From: Methanofastidiosum sp.
GTDB taxonomy: Archaea > Methanobacteriota_B > Thermococci > Methanofastidiosales > Methanofastidiosaceae
Reading direction: 5' to 3'
Assembly: GCA_020854815.1 (NCBI GenBank)
Contig: JAHKLW010000005.1
Span: forward strand, 7,422 to 71,421
DNA: 64,000 nt
Shown one piece after another: positions 23,730 through 32,842 of this stretch; within the stretch, counting starts at the first letter, position 1, and each line of letters starts with the position of its first letter. The translations under genes and the position numbers were made by a program. A model generated the notes under the pieces. That model did not search any database. It saw nothing but the letters and a program-made list of their open reading frames with translations, and had not been told where the DNA came from.

Positions 23730-25502
23730 TTATGCTTTAAAGTAGTAATATTCGCCTGATGACTTCTGCTCCCGGTCTTTTTGTGAATCAATCTTATTTG
23801 ATCTTGGTCTTCCAGACTCGGGCTCTCTTCTAAATGTTATTCCGATCTCTTTTAAGAATCTATTCATTCCATCACGAAGCGATAACGGGGGGGAAGCTAT
23901 CCCAGATACACTAGGTCTTCCAGAGAATACTATAGCCTTATCTGAAGTGTAGTCTAAGGAAACTAAGTCGTGCTCAACTATAATTGCCATGAGCTTCTTG
24001 TCTCCAATAAATCGCCTCAATACCTTTGAAAAGTTAAGTCTCTGCTCAATGTCAAGATATGCTGAAGGCTCATCAAATAGGTATAGGTCTGCGTCTTGGG
24101 AAAGACATGCGGCAATTGCCACCCTCTGCAATTCTCCGCCAGAAAGCTCTGAAACTGTATTATCAATTATTGGGTCTATTTCTAAAGGTCTTAGTATTTC
24201 TGCCTTGTAAATATTTGTGAAAAATTTCTCCTTTGCAACCTCTGCTAAAAGGTTTCTTACAGTTCCTTCATAATCTCTTTGGATATACTGTGGCTTGTAG
24301 GATACTTTCAACTCAGTCTCAAATTTGTTTCCATTGTCAGGTTCTAAGACTCCAGCAAGTATTTTAATAAAAGTACTCTTACCGGTAGCATTTGGCCCAA
24401 CAATTCCAATGACTTCGCCTTTATGTAGGGAGCCACCATCAGTTTTGAGTGAAAAGCTGTCATAGCTCTTTTCAAAAGATGGGTACTCTAAAAGAACCTT
24501 TCTTAATTTTGAGGATTTGTCTTCCTTTTGATAAAATTTAATTGATTCTTCCCTAAATCTAACATTATCTTCCTTTATGTAGCCATCGAGATACATATTA
24601 ATCCCAACTCTAACACCAAGAGGCGTTGAGACTATCCCGTATACTCCTGGCTGCCCATAAAGAATATGGATATGATCGCTCAAATAATCAAGAATTGCAA
24701 GGTCATGCTCGATCACGACAACAGTCTTTTGCTCTGCAAGATTTCGTATTACCTTTGCGACGTTTAATCTCTGCTTTATGTCAAGATATGATGTAGGCTC
24801 GTCCAAAAAATAAATGTCGGCGTCTTTAGATATTGAAGCAATCATGGCAACTCTCTGTAATTCTCCCCCACTTAAAACAGAAATATCCTTATCAAGAGCA
24901 TCTTGTAAATCAAGTTCACCAATAAGCTCTTTTGCAACTCCTCTTTCATCGACCTTGTCAAGGAGATCTGAAGTATTCCCTTTCACGACTTGAGAAAGTT
25001 TATCCACATATTGAGGCTTTAAGGAACTCTTTATATTTTTGGCTTCAATCTTTTCAAAATACCCTTGAAGCTCAGTTCCTCTAAAATAAGAAGTGAGATT
25101 TTTCATCTCTTTTGAGGCATAATCTCCCATATTGGGGTAAAGCTCTCCAGAAAGAATTCTAATTGCTGTTGTTTTTCCAACACCATTTTGACCTATGAGA
25201 CCCAGTACCTTTCCTTCTTTTGGTATCGGCAATCGATATAGCCTAAACGTATTTGGCCCATACTGATGTATTGGCTGAGAAAGTTCTTCGGGCAAATTGA
25301 CTATAGAAATCGCTTTGTAGGGGCACTTATGAATGCATATACCGCACCCAGTGCACAAGACCTCAGAGATAATAGGTTTTTTTGTTACTTCGTCTATTAT
25401 TATAGTCTCTTCATTCATCCTGGGCCCGGGACAATAGTTAAGACACAATAGATTACACTTTTTTGGTTGACATTTATCGTAATCTATTACAGCAATTCTC
25501 AA
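23730..25502 (-). CDS. ABCE1 / RNase L inhibitor-type ribosome recycling ATPase
   Basis: The N-terminal Fe-S motifs are CQPKKCNLLCLNYCP and CTGCGICIHKCP. It has two ABC cassettes (GQNGVGKTT and GPNATGKST, each with LSGGELQR). Confidence 0.95.
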   Translation of the reverse strand: MRIAVIDYDKCQPKKCNLLCLNYCPGPRMNEETIIIDEVTKKPIISEVLCTGCGICIHKCPYKAISIVNLPEELSQPIHQYGPNTFRLYRLPIPKEGKVLGLIGQNGVGKTTAIRILSGELYPNMGDYASKEMKNLTSYFRGTELQGYFEKIEAKNIKSSLKPQYVDKLSQVVKGNTSDLLDKVDERGVAKELIGELDLQDALDKDISVLSGGELQRVAMIASISKDADIYFLDEPTSYLDIKQRLNVAKVIRNLAEQKTVVVIEHDLAILDYLSDHIHILYGQPGVYGIVSTPLGVRVGINMYLDGYIKEDNVRFREESIKFYQKEDKSSKLRKVLLEYPSFEKSYDSFSLKTDGGSLHKGEVIGIVGPNATGKSTFIKILAGVLEPDNGNKFETELKVSYKPQYIQRDYEGTVRNLLAEVAKEKFFTNIYKAEILRPLEIDPIIDNTVSELSGGELQRVAIAACLSQDADLYLFDEPSAYLDIEQRLNFSKVLRRFIGDKKLMAIIVEHDLVSLDYTSDKAIVFSGRPSVSGIASPPLSLRDGMNRFLKEIGITFRREPESGRPRSNKIDSQKDREQKSSGEYYYFKA

Positions 25503-25530
25503 AAGATCACCTGAAAAAAAAATAATATAT

Positions 25531-25788
25531 TTATGAGTTAAATATAATTATCCAAAACATTAGCCAGCTCCCAATAAATGAGAAGACCCCTGATTTTAAA
25601 ATGCTGCCTCTGTTTGAGTATTTTGCCATATCAACACCTACAATCTTGACAAGATACTGTGAAACATAGAATATAACAAATGCTAAAGGAACAGTAACAA
25701 GATTAGGTAGGGATGCGACCCCAGATATTACGCCTGCTATGAGCCCAGTTACAGCAAAAACAAGCCCTATTTTATGATTGTCATCCAT
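25531..25788 (-). CDS. Small membrane protein (85 aa, about 3 TM)
   Basis: The profile is hydrophobic and Gly-rich in the first helix. It lies 28 nt upstream of ABCE1 on the same strand. The family is not recognised with confidence. Confidence 0.45.
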   Translation of the reverse strand: MDDNHKIGLVFAVTGLIAGVISGVASLPNLVTVPLAFVIFYVSQYLVKIVGVDMAKYSNRGSILKSGVFSFIGSWLMFWIIIFNS

Positions 25789-25912
25789 AAAAACTCACCA
25801 TTTAAAGAGATGAGAAGTGTTACATTTAAAAAGTTTATTATCATCCGGGCCAGTTTCTTATAGTTTTAGAGAATTCGTAAAATTTATATTGAAATAGTGT
25901 TATCATGATTTA

Positions 25913-26824
25913 ATGAAAAGATTACTTGTAGTGCTCCTTTTGTTAGCTTTTGCTCTTCAGCCTGTGAGAGGTGATTATGTCGACCTTATACTTTCTTACC
26001 CTGAAAATGTAGATAAGGGTGAAGAAATACAAATTACTTTTGAAATAATAAACCAATCAAATGAGATGCTCTGGGACGGGAGGATAAGTATTGAAGATTC
26101 ACTTATGGATAAATACAAATCAGACATCCAATCTGAGAGAGACTATCAGGCTAATCCTTTCAGATTCTCAACTGTTGGGCCTGGCAAGAGTTTCAAAGAA
26201 ACGTTTGTTTTGACATTTAGTAAAGACTTTCCATTAAATGAAGCAAGTTTTAACATTTTATTGAAATGTGGTAAAGGCCCATGTAGAGGTGGTTGCAAGC
26301 CCTTTTACTTGGAGAAGAATGTAACTGTTAAGCTTAATAAAAAAAGGGCAGAAGTTGTCCTAAAATTAGATGTTAATGAGTTCACATCGTATAGGGGCGA
26401 AACTTTGGAAATACCCTTCACCTTAGAAAATGTTGGGGGGCTCCAGATCAAAAATATCAAAGCGGAAATTAAAGGGGATATATTATCGGATAATACTGTC
26501 AATATTTCTGCAATTAATCCTCAAAGAGCGGCTTCTGGTAGACTGTTTGTCTCAATTGATGAAAATAATTCTAAAACATCCTTTAATCCTCTTGTTGTGA
26601 TAAGATTCCAAGACCCCGAAGGCAGAGAAGGGGTGTTATACCAGAACATTTCTATAAATGTAATTGAGAAAGAAAAGATAGAAGAATCAAATGCATCTGA
26701 AGTTAAGGAGATAACAAACGAAGCCAAGACGCCCCCTTCCGGGATATTCTATTTTTTCCTGCTTTTGTCAATTTTTGCAGTTGTTTTAGTAATTATCTTT
26801 TTAATGCTCCTGTTTAAGAGATAA
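25913..26824 (+). CDS. Secreted, C-terminally anchored two-domain (CARDB/Ig-like) envelope protein with a CxxGCKP motif
   Basis: It has a signal peptide (MKRLLVVLLLLAFALQPVRG), the motif CGKGPCRGGCKPF, and a C-terminal TM plus basic end (LMLLFKR). It is a clear paralogue of 52698-53816. Confidence 0.7.
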   Translation: MKRLLVVLLLLAFALQPVRGDYVDLILSYPENVDKGEEIQITFEIINQSNEMLWDGRISIEDSLMDKYKSDIQSERDYQANPFRFSTVGPGKSFKETFVLTFSKDFPLNEASFNILLKCGKGPCRGGCKPFYLEKNVTVKLNKKRAEVVLKLDVNEFTSYRGETLEIPFTLENVGGLQIKNIKAEIKGDILSDNTVNISAINPQRAASGRLFVSIDENNSKTSFNPLVVIRFQDPEGREGVLYQNISINVIEKEKIEESNASEVKEITNEAKTPPSGIFYFFLLLSIFAVVLVIIFLMLLFKR

Positions 26825-26864
26825 TTTTTTAAATAATCCTATCCTTTTTCATAAAGGTGCTTTA

Positions 26865-28352
26865 TTGTCCTATGAACTTATACGTACTACTGACTCAATA
26901 TGTCCGATATGCCAAAAAAGAATTAAAGCAGATATCAAAGAAGTTCAAGGACAAATCCTAATGGAAAAGGAATGCCCTGACCATGGTTTTTTCTCAGACG
27001 CTCTTTCAGATGACCCTGAATATTACAAAAGATTAGATCGACTTGACCAAGTTGCAGAAAATTCTGTTATGAAAACAAAAAACAAAAATAAAGGATGCCC
27101 TTATGATTGCGGCTTGTGTGAGGATCATTTGACCCCATCGATTTTTGTTAATATTGATTTGACAAATAGGTGCAATATGAGTTGTCCAGTGTGCTTTGCA
27201 AGTGCAGGTGCAACTAAAAAATTGTACGAGCCTTCCTTTGAAGAAATTAGAAAAATACTTGAAAGCATGACTTCAATAAAACCAAATCCTCCATTTGCAA
27301 TACAATTTTCAGGTGGCGAACCGACATTAAGAAATGACCTGCCAGAATTAATTCAAACTGCAAAAACTTTAGGAATCTCACAGATTCAAGTTGCAACAAA
27401 TGGAAAGAGATTTTCTAAAGACCCCGAGTACTTAAAAAAAGTCATTGATGCCGGTATAAACACTTACTATCTTCAATTTGACGGATTAAACCCTGCTTCA
27501 TATATCAAATTCCGTGGATATGACACTTTTCCGGAAAAGAAAAAAGCTATAGAAAATCTAAGAAGTTTTGGGGAAACTAGTCTTGTTCTTGTTCCCACTG
27601 TTTCAAAAGGCGTAAATGATCAAGAACTTGGTGACATAATATATTTTGGGCGAGACAATTTTGATGTTATTAGAGGGATTAACTTTCAACCTCTTTCCTT
27701 TTCTGGCCGCGCAAGAAAGGAAGAAATGAAAAATTCCAGGATAACGATAACAGATCTAGTAAGACTTATAGAAGATCAAACAGATGGAGAAATCGGAAAA
27801 GAAGACTTTTACCCAATTCCATTTGTAGTTCCTGTATCCAAGTTTGTTGAATCTTTGAAAGGGGCAGATATGCCTCATTTTTCAACACACCCGCAATGTG
27901 GTGTTGCAACATACGTGTTTGTAAAAGATGGAAAGATAATACCAATTACTCGATTTGTGGATGTTGAAGGGTTCTTTGAGTACCTTAAAGAGAGAAATCA
28001 AAGTATAAACTGTGCGGGAAGAATAAGAAAAAGTATTGAGATATCTAAAATCTTAAAGGATATGAGATCTTTTATTGATAATGAAAAAATGCCAAAAGAT
28101 TTCAATCTTTTAGAAATTACAAAGGGCATTTTAAATGGCGGAGGTAAGGAATACCTTGCAAAACTTCACCATAAGTCACTATTTATTGGGACTATGCACT
28201 TTATGGACCCCTTTAACTTTGATTTAGATAGGGTAAAAAGGTGTGCAATACACTACGCCCTGCCTGACGGCACATTTATCCCTTTTTGCAGTTACAATTC
28301 GATTCATAGGGAAACTATCGAGAAACGGCTAACTACGCCAATTGACGAATAG
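26865..28352 (+). CDS. Radical SAM enzyme, tetraether lipid synthase (Tes / GDGT-MAS, COG1964)-like
   Basis: The tracked start is TTG. The N-terminus has a Cys/His knuckle (CPICQ...ECPDHG), followed by GCPYDCGLCEDH, the radical SAM CNMSCPVC motif, and C-terminal Cys residues (RCAIHY...FCSYN). Family assignment is from recalled motif order. Confidence 0.55.
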   Translation: MSYELIRTTDSICPICQKRIKADIKEVQGQILMEKECPDHGFFSDALSDDPEYYKRLDRLDQVAENSVMKTKNKNKGCPYDCGLCEDHLTPSIFVNIDLTNRCNMSCPVCFASAGATKKLYEPSFEEIRKILESMTSIKPNPPFAIQFSGGEPTLRNDLPELIQTAKTLGISQIQVATNGKRFSKDPEYLKKVIDAGINTYYLQFDGLNPASYIKFRGYDTFPEKKKAIENLRSFGETSLVLVPTVSKGVNDQELGDIIYFGRDNFDVIRGINFQPLSFSGRARKEEMKNSRITITDLVRLIEDQTDGEIGKEDFYPIPFVVPVSKFVESLKGADMPHFSTHPQCGVATYVFVKDGKIIPITRFVDVEGFFEYLKERNQSINCAGRIRKSIEISKILKDMRSFIDNEKMPKDFNLLEITKGILNGGGKEYLAKLHHKSLFIGTMHFMDPFNFDLDRVKRCAIHYALPDGTFIPFCSYNSIHRETIEKRLTTPIDE

Positions 28353-28406
28353 TATTTCACCGAAAGATATTTATTAGGCCCTTGAATCTTCAAGATTGGT
28401 GAGTAT

Positions 28407-29369
28407 ATGAAAAAAGCAAGTATTGTATTCGCCCTGATATTTTTAATTTCAGTTGCTACATTCTCAGGGTGTATTTCACAGAAAGAAGAAAATGGTACAG
28501 ATGTTAATACGACGCCGGTGCAAACTGGCAAAACAGTATCCTATCTTAAGGCTAGAATTAATATTTCACAGCCATATGATCTTTCAGATTTAAATTCATC
28601 ACGACAAAAAGTCGTCATAATTAGGGACAGTGGTATTAGACTTGAAGCAATAGTCACATTGTATGGTGAAACCTATCCATTTGACGATACTGTCAGGATA
28701 CCTATTGTAGAAACAGAAGAAGATGCAGTAAAAGTTCTCAATAGCTTCCCAGATGACGTTTTACCCTATGTTATAGGAATGGAATTAGATGAAGGGATAT
28801 GGGGAACTGGAACGGTCCACTGGACTGAACATATGCGTAACAATATTGCATTGAGATATGCAAAAGAAGACGCAGATTATAACTTATATGGAACCGCCTT
28901 CTTAATAATGAAAGACCAAAGAGACAGAATTAGAGTTGATGAAAGTCCATATTTAAATATGGGTTATGAGTACTGGTGGATGCAAGGTGCTACTGAAACT
29001 CTATCTACAAGTAAAGCATTGGGTTTTGGCCCTTACACGACACTATATGCTTCACTAATGAGGTCTATGATGGTCCCAACAAAAGTAGTATACGGACTTT
29101 ACTATGACTTGGAAGAGGGAGGTATATGGAAACCATACTCTTGGAATGAACTATACTTTAACGGGAGATGGGTACCTGTTGATCCCTATAGGCAGCAGAT
29201 AGGCACTTTATCAAGATACTACTTGACATTAGACAAGACTGTAGACCTACTAGAACTCAATAATGATTTTGCTTGTTATAGAAGCGATTTAGAAGGAAAA
29301 GGTTGTAAACCTTTCATGATAGAGATTCTAGAGCAGGGAACAGTTTTAGAAAGTGAAATCAACAACTAA
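28407..29369 (+). CDS. Lipoprotein-like secreted protein with a degenerate transglutaminase-like core
   Basis: It has a signal sequence and a lipobox-like FSGC. GPYTTLYASLMRSMMVPTKVVYG...YSWNELYFNGRWVPVDP aligns with the TGase-core pattern G.C..FA...R..GIPAR.V.G...HAW.EVY..G.W...DP, but the Cys and His positions are not conserved. Confidence 0.5.
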   Translation: MKKASIVFALIFLISVATFSGCISQKEENGTDVNTTPVQTGKTVSYLKARINISQPYDLSDLNSSRQKVVIIRDSGIRLEAIVTLYGETYPFDDTVRIPIVETEEDAVKVLNSFPDDVLPYVIGMELDEGIWGTGTVHWTEHMRNNIALRYAKEDADYNLYGTAFLIMKDQRDRIRVDESPYLNMGYEYWWMQGATETLSTSKALGFGPYTTLYASLMRSMMVPTKVVYGLYYDLEEGGIWKPYSWNELYFNGRWVPVDPYRQQIGTLSRYYLTLDKTVDLLELNNDFACYRSDLEGKGCKPFMIEILEQGTVLESEINN

Positions 29370-29377
29370 AATCTTTT

Positions 29378-30592
29378 TTAATTTAAATATTTCTTTATTA
29401 TATCAACAATTTTTTCGGCGAGTTTTTCTTTATCATCTAGAGGTAAGTGGAACACCTTTTTTGTTTTGTCTATGATAAAGACTTCATTTGTTTTAGACTC
29501 AAATCCCCTCATTTCTTTTCCAACATCATTTGCAACGATTAAATCCATATTAGAGCTTTGGAGCCTGTCATATGCCTTTCGTATAAGCTGATCTTCTGAA
29601 ACGGAATATTCTGCTTTAAATCCAACTATAAAGGACTTTGAAACTTTTGAAAACTCTTCTATTATTTTTCTGTTTGGGGAGAGCGTAATATTAAAAGGTT
29701 GATTTGAAGAAATCTTTCCAGATGCACAATTATCAACGTGGAAATCAGATGTTGCGGCTGCAAAAAGGGCTAGGTCCACTTCTTTATTTGAGATGACGGC
29801 ATTTAACATCTCTTCATAAGTTTCAACTTGATGAGTTTTTACACAGGAACTCAATTGAGTAGGCCCTAAAATTAAAGTTACTTCGGCCCCCCTCATATCA
29901 AACTCTTCAGCCAATTTTATTCCCATTAATCCACTACTTTTATTTGTGATAAATCTAACATCATCAATCTTCTCAATTGTAGGGCCTGCTGTTACCAAAA
30001 CTTTTTTGCCATGAAAATCTTTGACATATAATTTTTTTATCACTGCTGTTACAATGTCATCGATTTCAGGAAGCTTTGCCTTGTTTTCTTCGAATTTCGG
30101 GGTGAGAAATTCAATGCCATATTTTTTTAGCTTTTCAATATTTTCAAGAATGATAGGATTCCTATACATTGAGCTATGCATAGCGGGAACTATGATAATC
30201 GGAATTTTGCCTAATCCCGTGGATACAACTGTTGTGACGGGTGTATCATCGATTCCGGATACTATCTTTGAAATTGTGTTTGCTGTTGAGGGTGCTATAA
30301 GAATTAAATCACATCTCTTATCGTGTTCTCCAGCATAAGAAACATGCTCTATCTTGCCAGTTATTTCATCAACAACTGGATTTCCAGTGCCAAACTCAAG
30401 CGCGTATGGGTGGATTATCTTTTTTGCATCTTGACTCATGACGACGTATACCTCTGCCCCATGCCTCATGAGCTCTCTAGATAGTTTAACTGATTCAACT
30501 GCGGCAATACTCCCAGTAATGCCCAACACAATCCCTTTTCCAGCCAACTTACTTGACTTACTCCCCTTTATCGACTTTCTATGCATCATCAT
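29378..30592 (-). CDS. coaBC: Bifunctional phosphopantothenoylcysteine decarboxylase / synthetase
   Basis: The N-terminal flavoprotein domain (GITGSIAAVE) is followed by a C-terminal CoaB domain (VLVTAGPT...ITNKSSG). Size is 404 aa. Confidence 0.9.
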   Translation of the reverse strand: MMMHRKSIKGSKSSKLAGKGIVLGITGSIAAVESVKLSRELMRHGAEVYVVMSQDAKKIIHPYALEFGTGNPVVDEITGKIEHVSYAGEHDKRCDLILIAPSTANTISKIVSGIDDTPVTTVVSTGLGKIPIIIVPAMHSSMYRNPIILENIEKLKKYGIEFLTPKFEENKAKLPEIDDIVTAVIKKLYVKDFHGKKVLVTAGPTIEKIDDVRFITNKSSGLMGIKLAEEFDMRGAEVTLILGPTQLSSCVKTHQVETYEEMLNAVISNKEVDLALFAAATSDFHVDNCASGKISSNQPFNITLSPNRKIIEEFSKVSKSFIVGFKAEYSVSEDQLIRKAYDRLQSSNMDLIVANDVGKEMRGFESKTNEVFIIDKTKKVFHLPLDDKEKLAEKIVDIIKKYLN

Positions 30593-30649
30593 AGAAATAG
30601 CCTAAATCTTTATAAAAATTGTTATTATGCAGATTAAATAGGTGAGTAA

Positions 30650-31183
30650 ATGACTAATAATCTCTTAGTATATGACACAAAATATGGATCAACTGAGGTA
30701 ATAGCGAGATGGATATCTGAGGAAATAAAAAATATTGTCGTTAAAAAACCGTCAGAAGTAAGTTCTATTGACGAGTACCCATTGATAATTATAGGTTCGC
30801 CCGATTACGATGATAAGCCTCTGAAAAGTATAAGTGAATTTATAGAAAAATTCAATAAGGAACTAAAGCAAAAGAAGATAGCAATTTTTGTCGTGTGTAA
30901 TGATATCGAGGAAAATGAATATCAAGGTAAACAAATAGGCGGCAAGTTCAATCTTGAGATACTGAAAAGGGAACTTCCAAAGGAAAATATCATCTTAGAG
31001 GAAGTATTGGGTGGAGTATTCAATCCTAAAATCCTTGACGAGCAAGATCAGGAAAGAATAGTGAACTTCTTTAAAGAAATTGGCAAGCCAATTAGGAAAG
31101 AAGATCTAGTTTTCATGCCAGTGTTGAATAAACTTGATAAAGACAAATGCAAACAGTTTATCAGTAAGCTTAAGGCAGTATAA
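30650..31183 (+). CDS. Flavodoxin-like domain protein
   Basis: LLVYDTKYGSTEVIARWISEEI matches the flavodoxin FMN-loop pattern. Size is 177 aa. Confidence 0.6.
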   Translation: MTNNLLVYDTKYGSTEVIARWISEEIKNIVVKKPSEVSSIDEYPLIIIGSPDYDDKPLKSISEFIEKFNKELKQKKIAIFVVCNDIEENEYQGKQIGGKFNLEILKRELPKENIILEEVLGGVFNPKILDEQDQERIVNFFKEIGKPIRKEDLVFMPVLNKLDKDKCKQFISKLKAV

Positions 31184-31192
31184 AGGCGTTTT

Positions 31193-32074
31193 ATGTACAG
31201 TTCAGAATGCTATGTTCCTTCACATATAACTGGCTTTTTTGTCCCCTTCTTTAGTGATGACTGTTTGAAAACAGGCTCAACTGGTACAGGGGTATCGCTT
31301 TCTTTGGGCGTCAATACTAAAATTAATGTGATGGAAGGTAGAGGCTCAGTTGACATCTATCTAAATGGCACTAAGAAGAATAGTGCACCGGTGTCATTGA
31401 ACTGTATAAATTTAGTTAAAAAAAAATATCTCAAATATTTTACCAATAAAGATATATTGATACAGCATGAAAGTGATGTTCCGGTTGAATCTGGATTTGG
31501 GGCATCTGCCTCAGCTGCCCTTGGAATATGTTTTTCAATTAAAGATATGATAAAAATGTCTCCTGAAGAATGTATAAAAATTGCACATGAAACTGAAGTT
31601 AATACACTAGGTGGTCTTGGAGATGTAGTGGCCGAGGTAAAGGGGGGTATTGAGATAAGGAAATCCCCGGGTGTAGATGGAGAAATCGAAAATATACCTT
31701 CAAACGGTCTAAAAGTAATTGCAATAAGCCTTGGTATGAAAAAGACGGAAAGTGTCTTAAAAAATCCTGAAAAGGTCAAGATAATTGAAAAATGTGGAGC
31801 TAAATTATTAAAGAAACTTATCAGTGAGCCCACTGTTGAAAGGATGATGGAGTGCTCAAAGAAATTCACATATTCAACTGGGATTATGCCCAAAGAAATT
31901 CTGGATTTAATCGAAATAGTTAGTGAGATTAATAGTTTCAATGCTTCAGGCATTATGATCGGAGAAGGAGTATTCACATTTATTAATGAAGAAGATGAAA
32001 AAAAAGTATTGGAAAGTTTAATAGACATTAAAGGAGACTTTATTGTCTCCCCAATAGCATTAGGATTATTATAG
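31193..32074 (+). CDS. Pantoate kinase (archaeal GHMP-family, COG1829)
   Basis: VPSHITGFF and the GHMP motif ESGFGASASAALG are present. It sits directly upstream of phosphopantothenate synthetase. Confidence 0.8.
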   Translation: MYSSECYVPSHITGFFVPFFSDDCLKTGSTGTGVSLSLGVNTKINVMEGRGSVDIYLNGTKKNSAPVSLNCINLVKKKYLKYFTNKDILIQHESDVPVESGFGASASAALGICFSIKDMIKMSPEECIKIAHETEVNTLGGLGDVVAEVKGGIEIRKSPGVDGEIENIPSNGLKVIAISLGMKKTESVLKNPEKVKIIEKCGAKLLKKLISEPTVERMMECSKKFTYSTGIMPKEILDLIEIVSEINSFNASGIMIGEGVFTFINEEDEKKVLESLIDIKGDFIVSPIALGLL

Positions 32075-32842
32075 GTGCTACAGATGGATATATCCGAAAA
32101 TCATCCACGTTATGAGTCTCTTATATTGAGAGAGAAGGTAAAAGACTGCCTTAAGGATGGAGTTCTTTCAGAAGTTGGTATAGCGGCACATGGTAGAGGA
32201 GAGGCTTTTGACTACTTTTTAGGAGAAAAAACTACCTTGGCAGCTGAGAAGTCAATAAAAGCGGCCGCTATTATGTTGTGTAGAGCAAAAAAACCAGTTG
32301 TATCTGTCAATGGAAACATTGCATGCCTCGTTCCAAATGAAGTTGTAGAGCTATCAAAGATTTTACCTTTGAAGATAGAAATCAATCTGTTTTACAGGAC
32401 ACTTGAAAGAGAGATTAAGATTAAAGAAAGACTTGAAAAATACGGTGCTATAGATATTCTGGGTGTTGGGAATAACGCAACTGAGACTATACCAGGTCTT
32501 GATTCGCCAAGGGGTAAAGTTTCTAAAGAGGGCATCTTCACTTCTGACGTATTACTTGTACCTTTAGAAGACGGAGACCGGGCTTTGGCACTTAAAAAAA
32601 TGGGGAAAAAGATTATAGCAATTGATCTAAATCCGCTATCAAGGACTTCCTTATGCTCCGATATAACAATAGTTGATAATGTTGTTAGGGCAATGCCCAG
32701 ACTTATTCAAGAGATAAAGAAATTTAAAGATAAAGATATTAAAGAAGATCTGGTATTTGACAATAATGAGAATACTAAGAAATCAATTCAAATAATGAGA
32801 AATAATCTTCATAGTTGGGAAGAAAAAATTAATGAAAGGTGA
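32075..32842 (+). CDS. Phosphopantothenate synthetase (4-phosphopantoate--beta-alanine ligase, COG1701)
   Basis: HPRYESLILREKV...AHGRGEAFDYFLGEKT is the characteristic archaeal PPS N-terminus. The start is GTG at 32075 or ATG at 32084. Confidence 0.8.
   Translation: MLQMDISENHPRYESLILREKVKDCLKDGVLSEVGIAAHGRGEAFDYFLGEKTTLAAEKSIKAAAIMLCRAKKPVVSVNGNIACLVPNEVVELSKILPLKIEINLFYRTLEREIKIKERLEKYGAIDILGVGNNATETIPGLDSPRGKVSKEGIFTSDVLLVPLEDGDRALALKKMGKKIIAIDLNPLSRTSLCSDITIVDNVVRAMPRLIQEIKKFKDKDIKEDLVFDNNENTKKSIQIMRNNLHSWEEKINER

Noticed and set aside
31357-32028. A 223-aa ORF antisense to the pantoate kinase gene. A similar 233-aa antisense ORF lies at 33257-33958 inside the HPS-RraA gene.
   Set aside because: The sense-strand genes carry clear family motifs. 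The antisense translations are low-complexity (Ser/Ile/Phe/Pro-rich) with no motifs. Long shadow ORFs are expected opposite genes with this codon bias.
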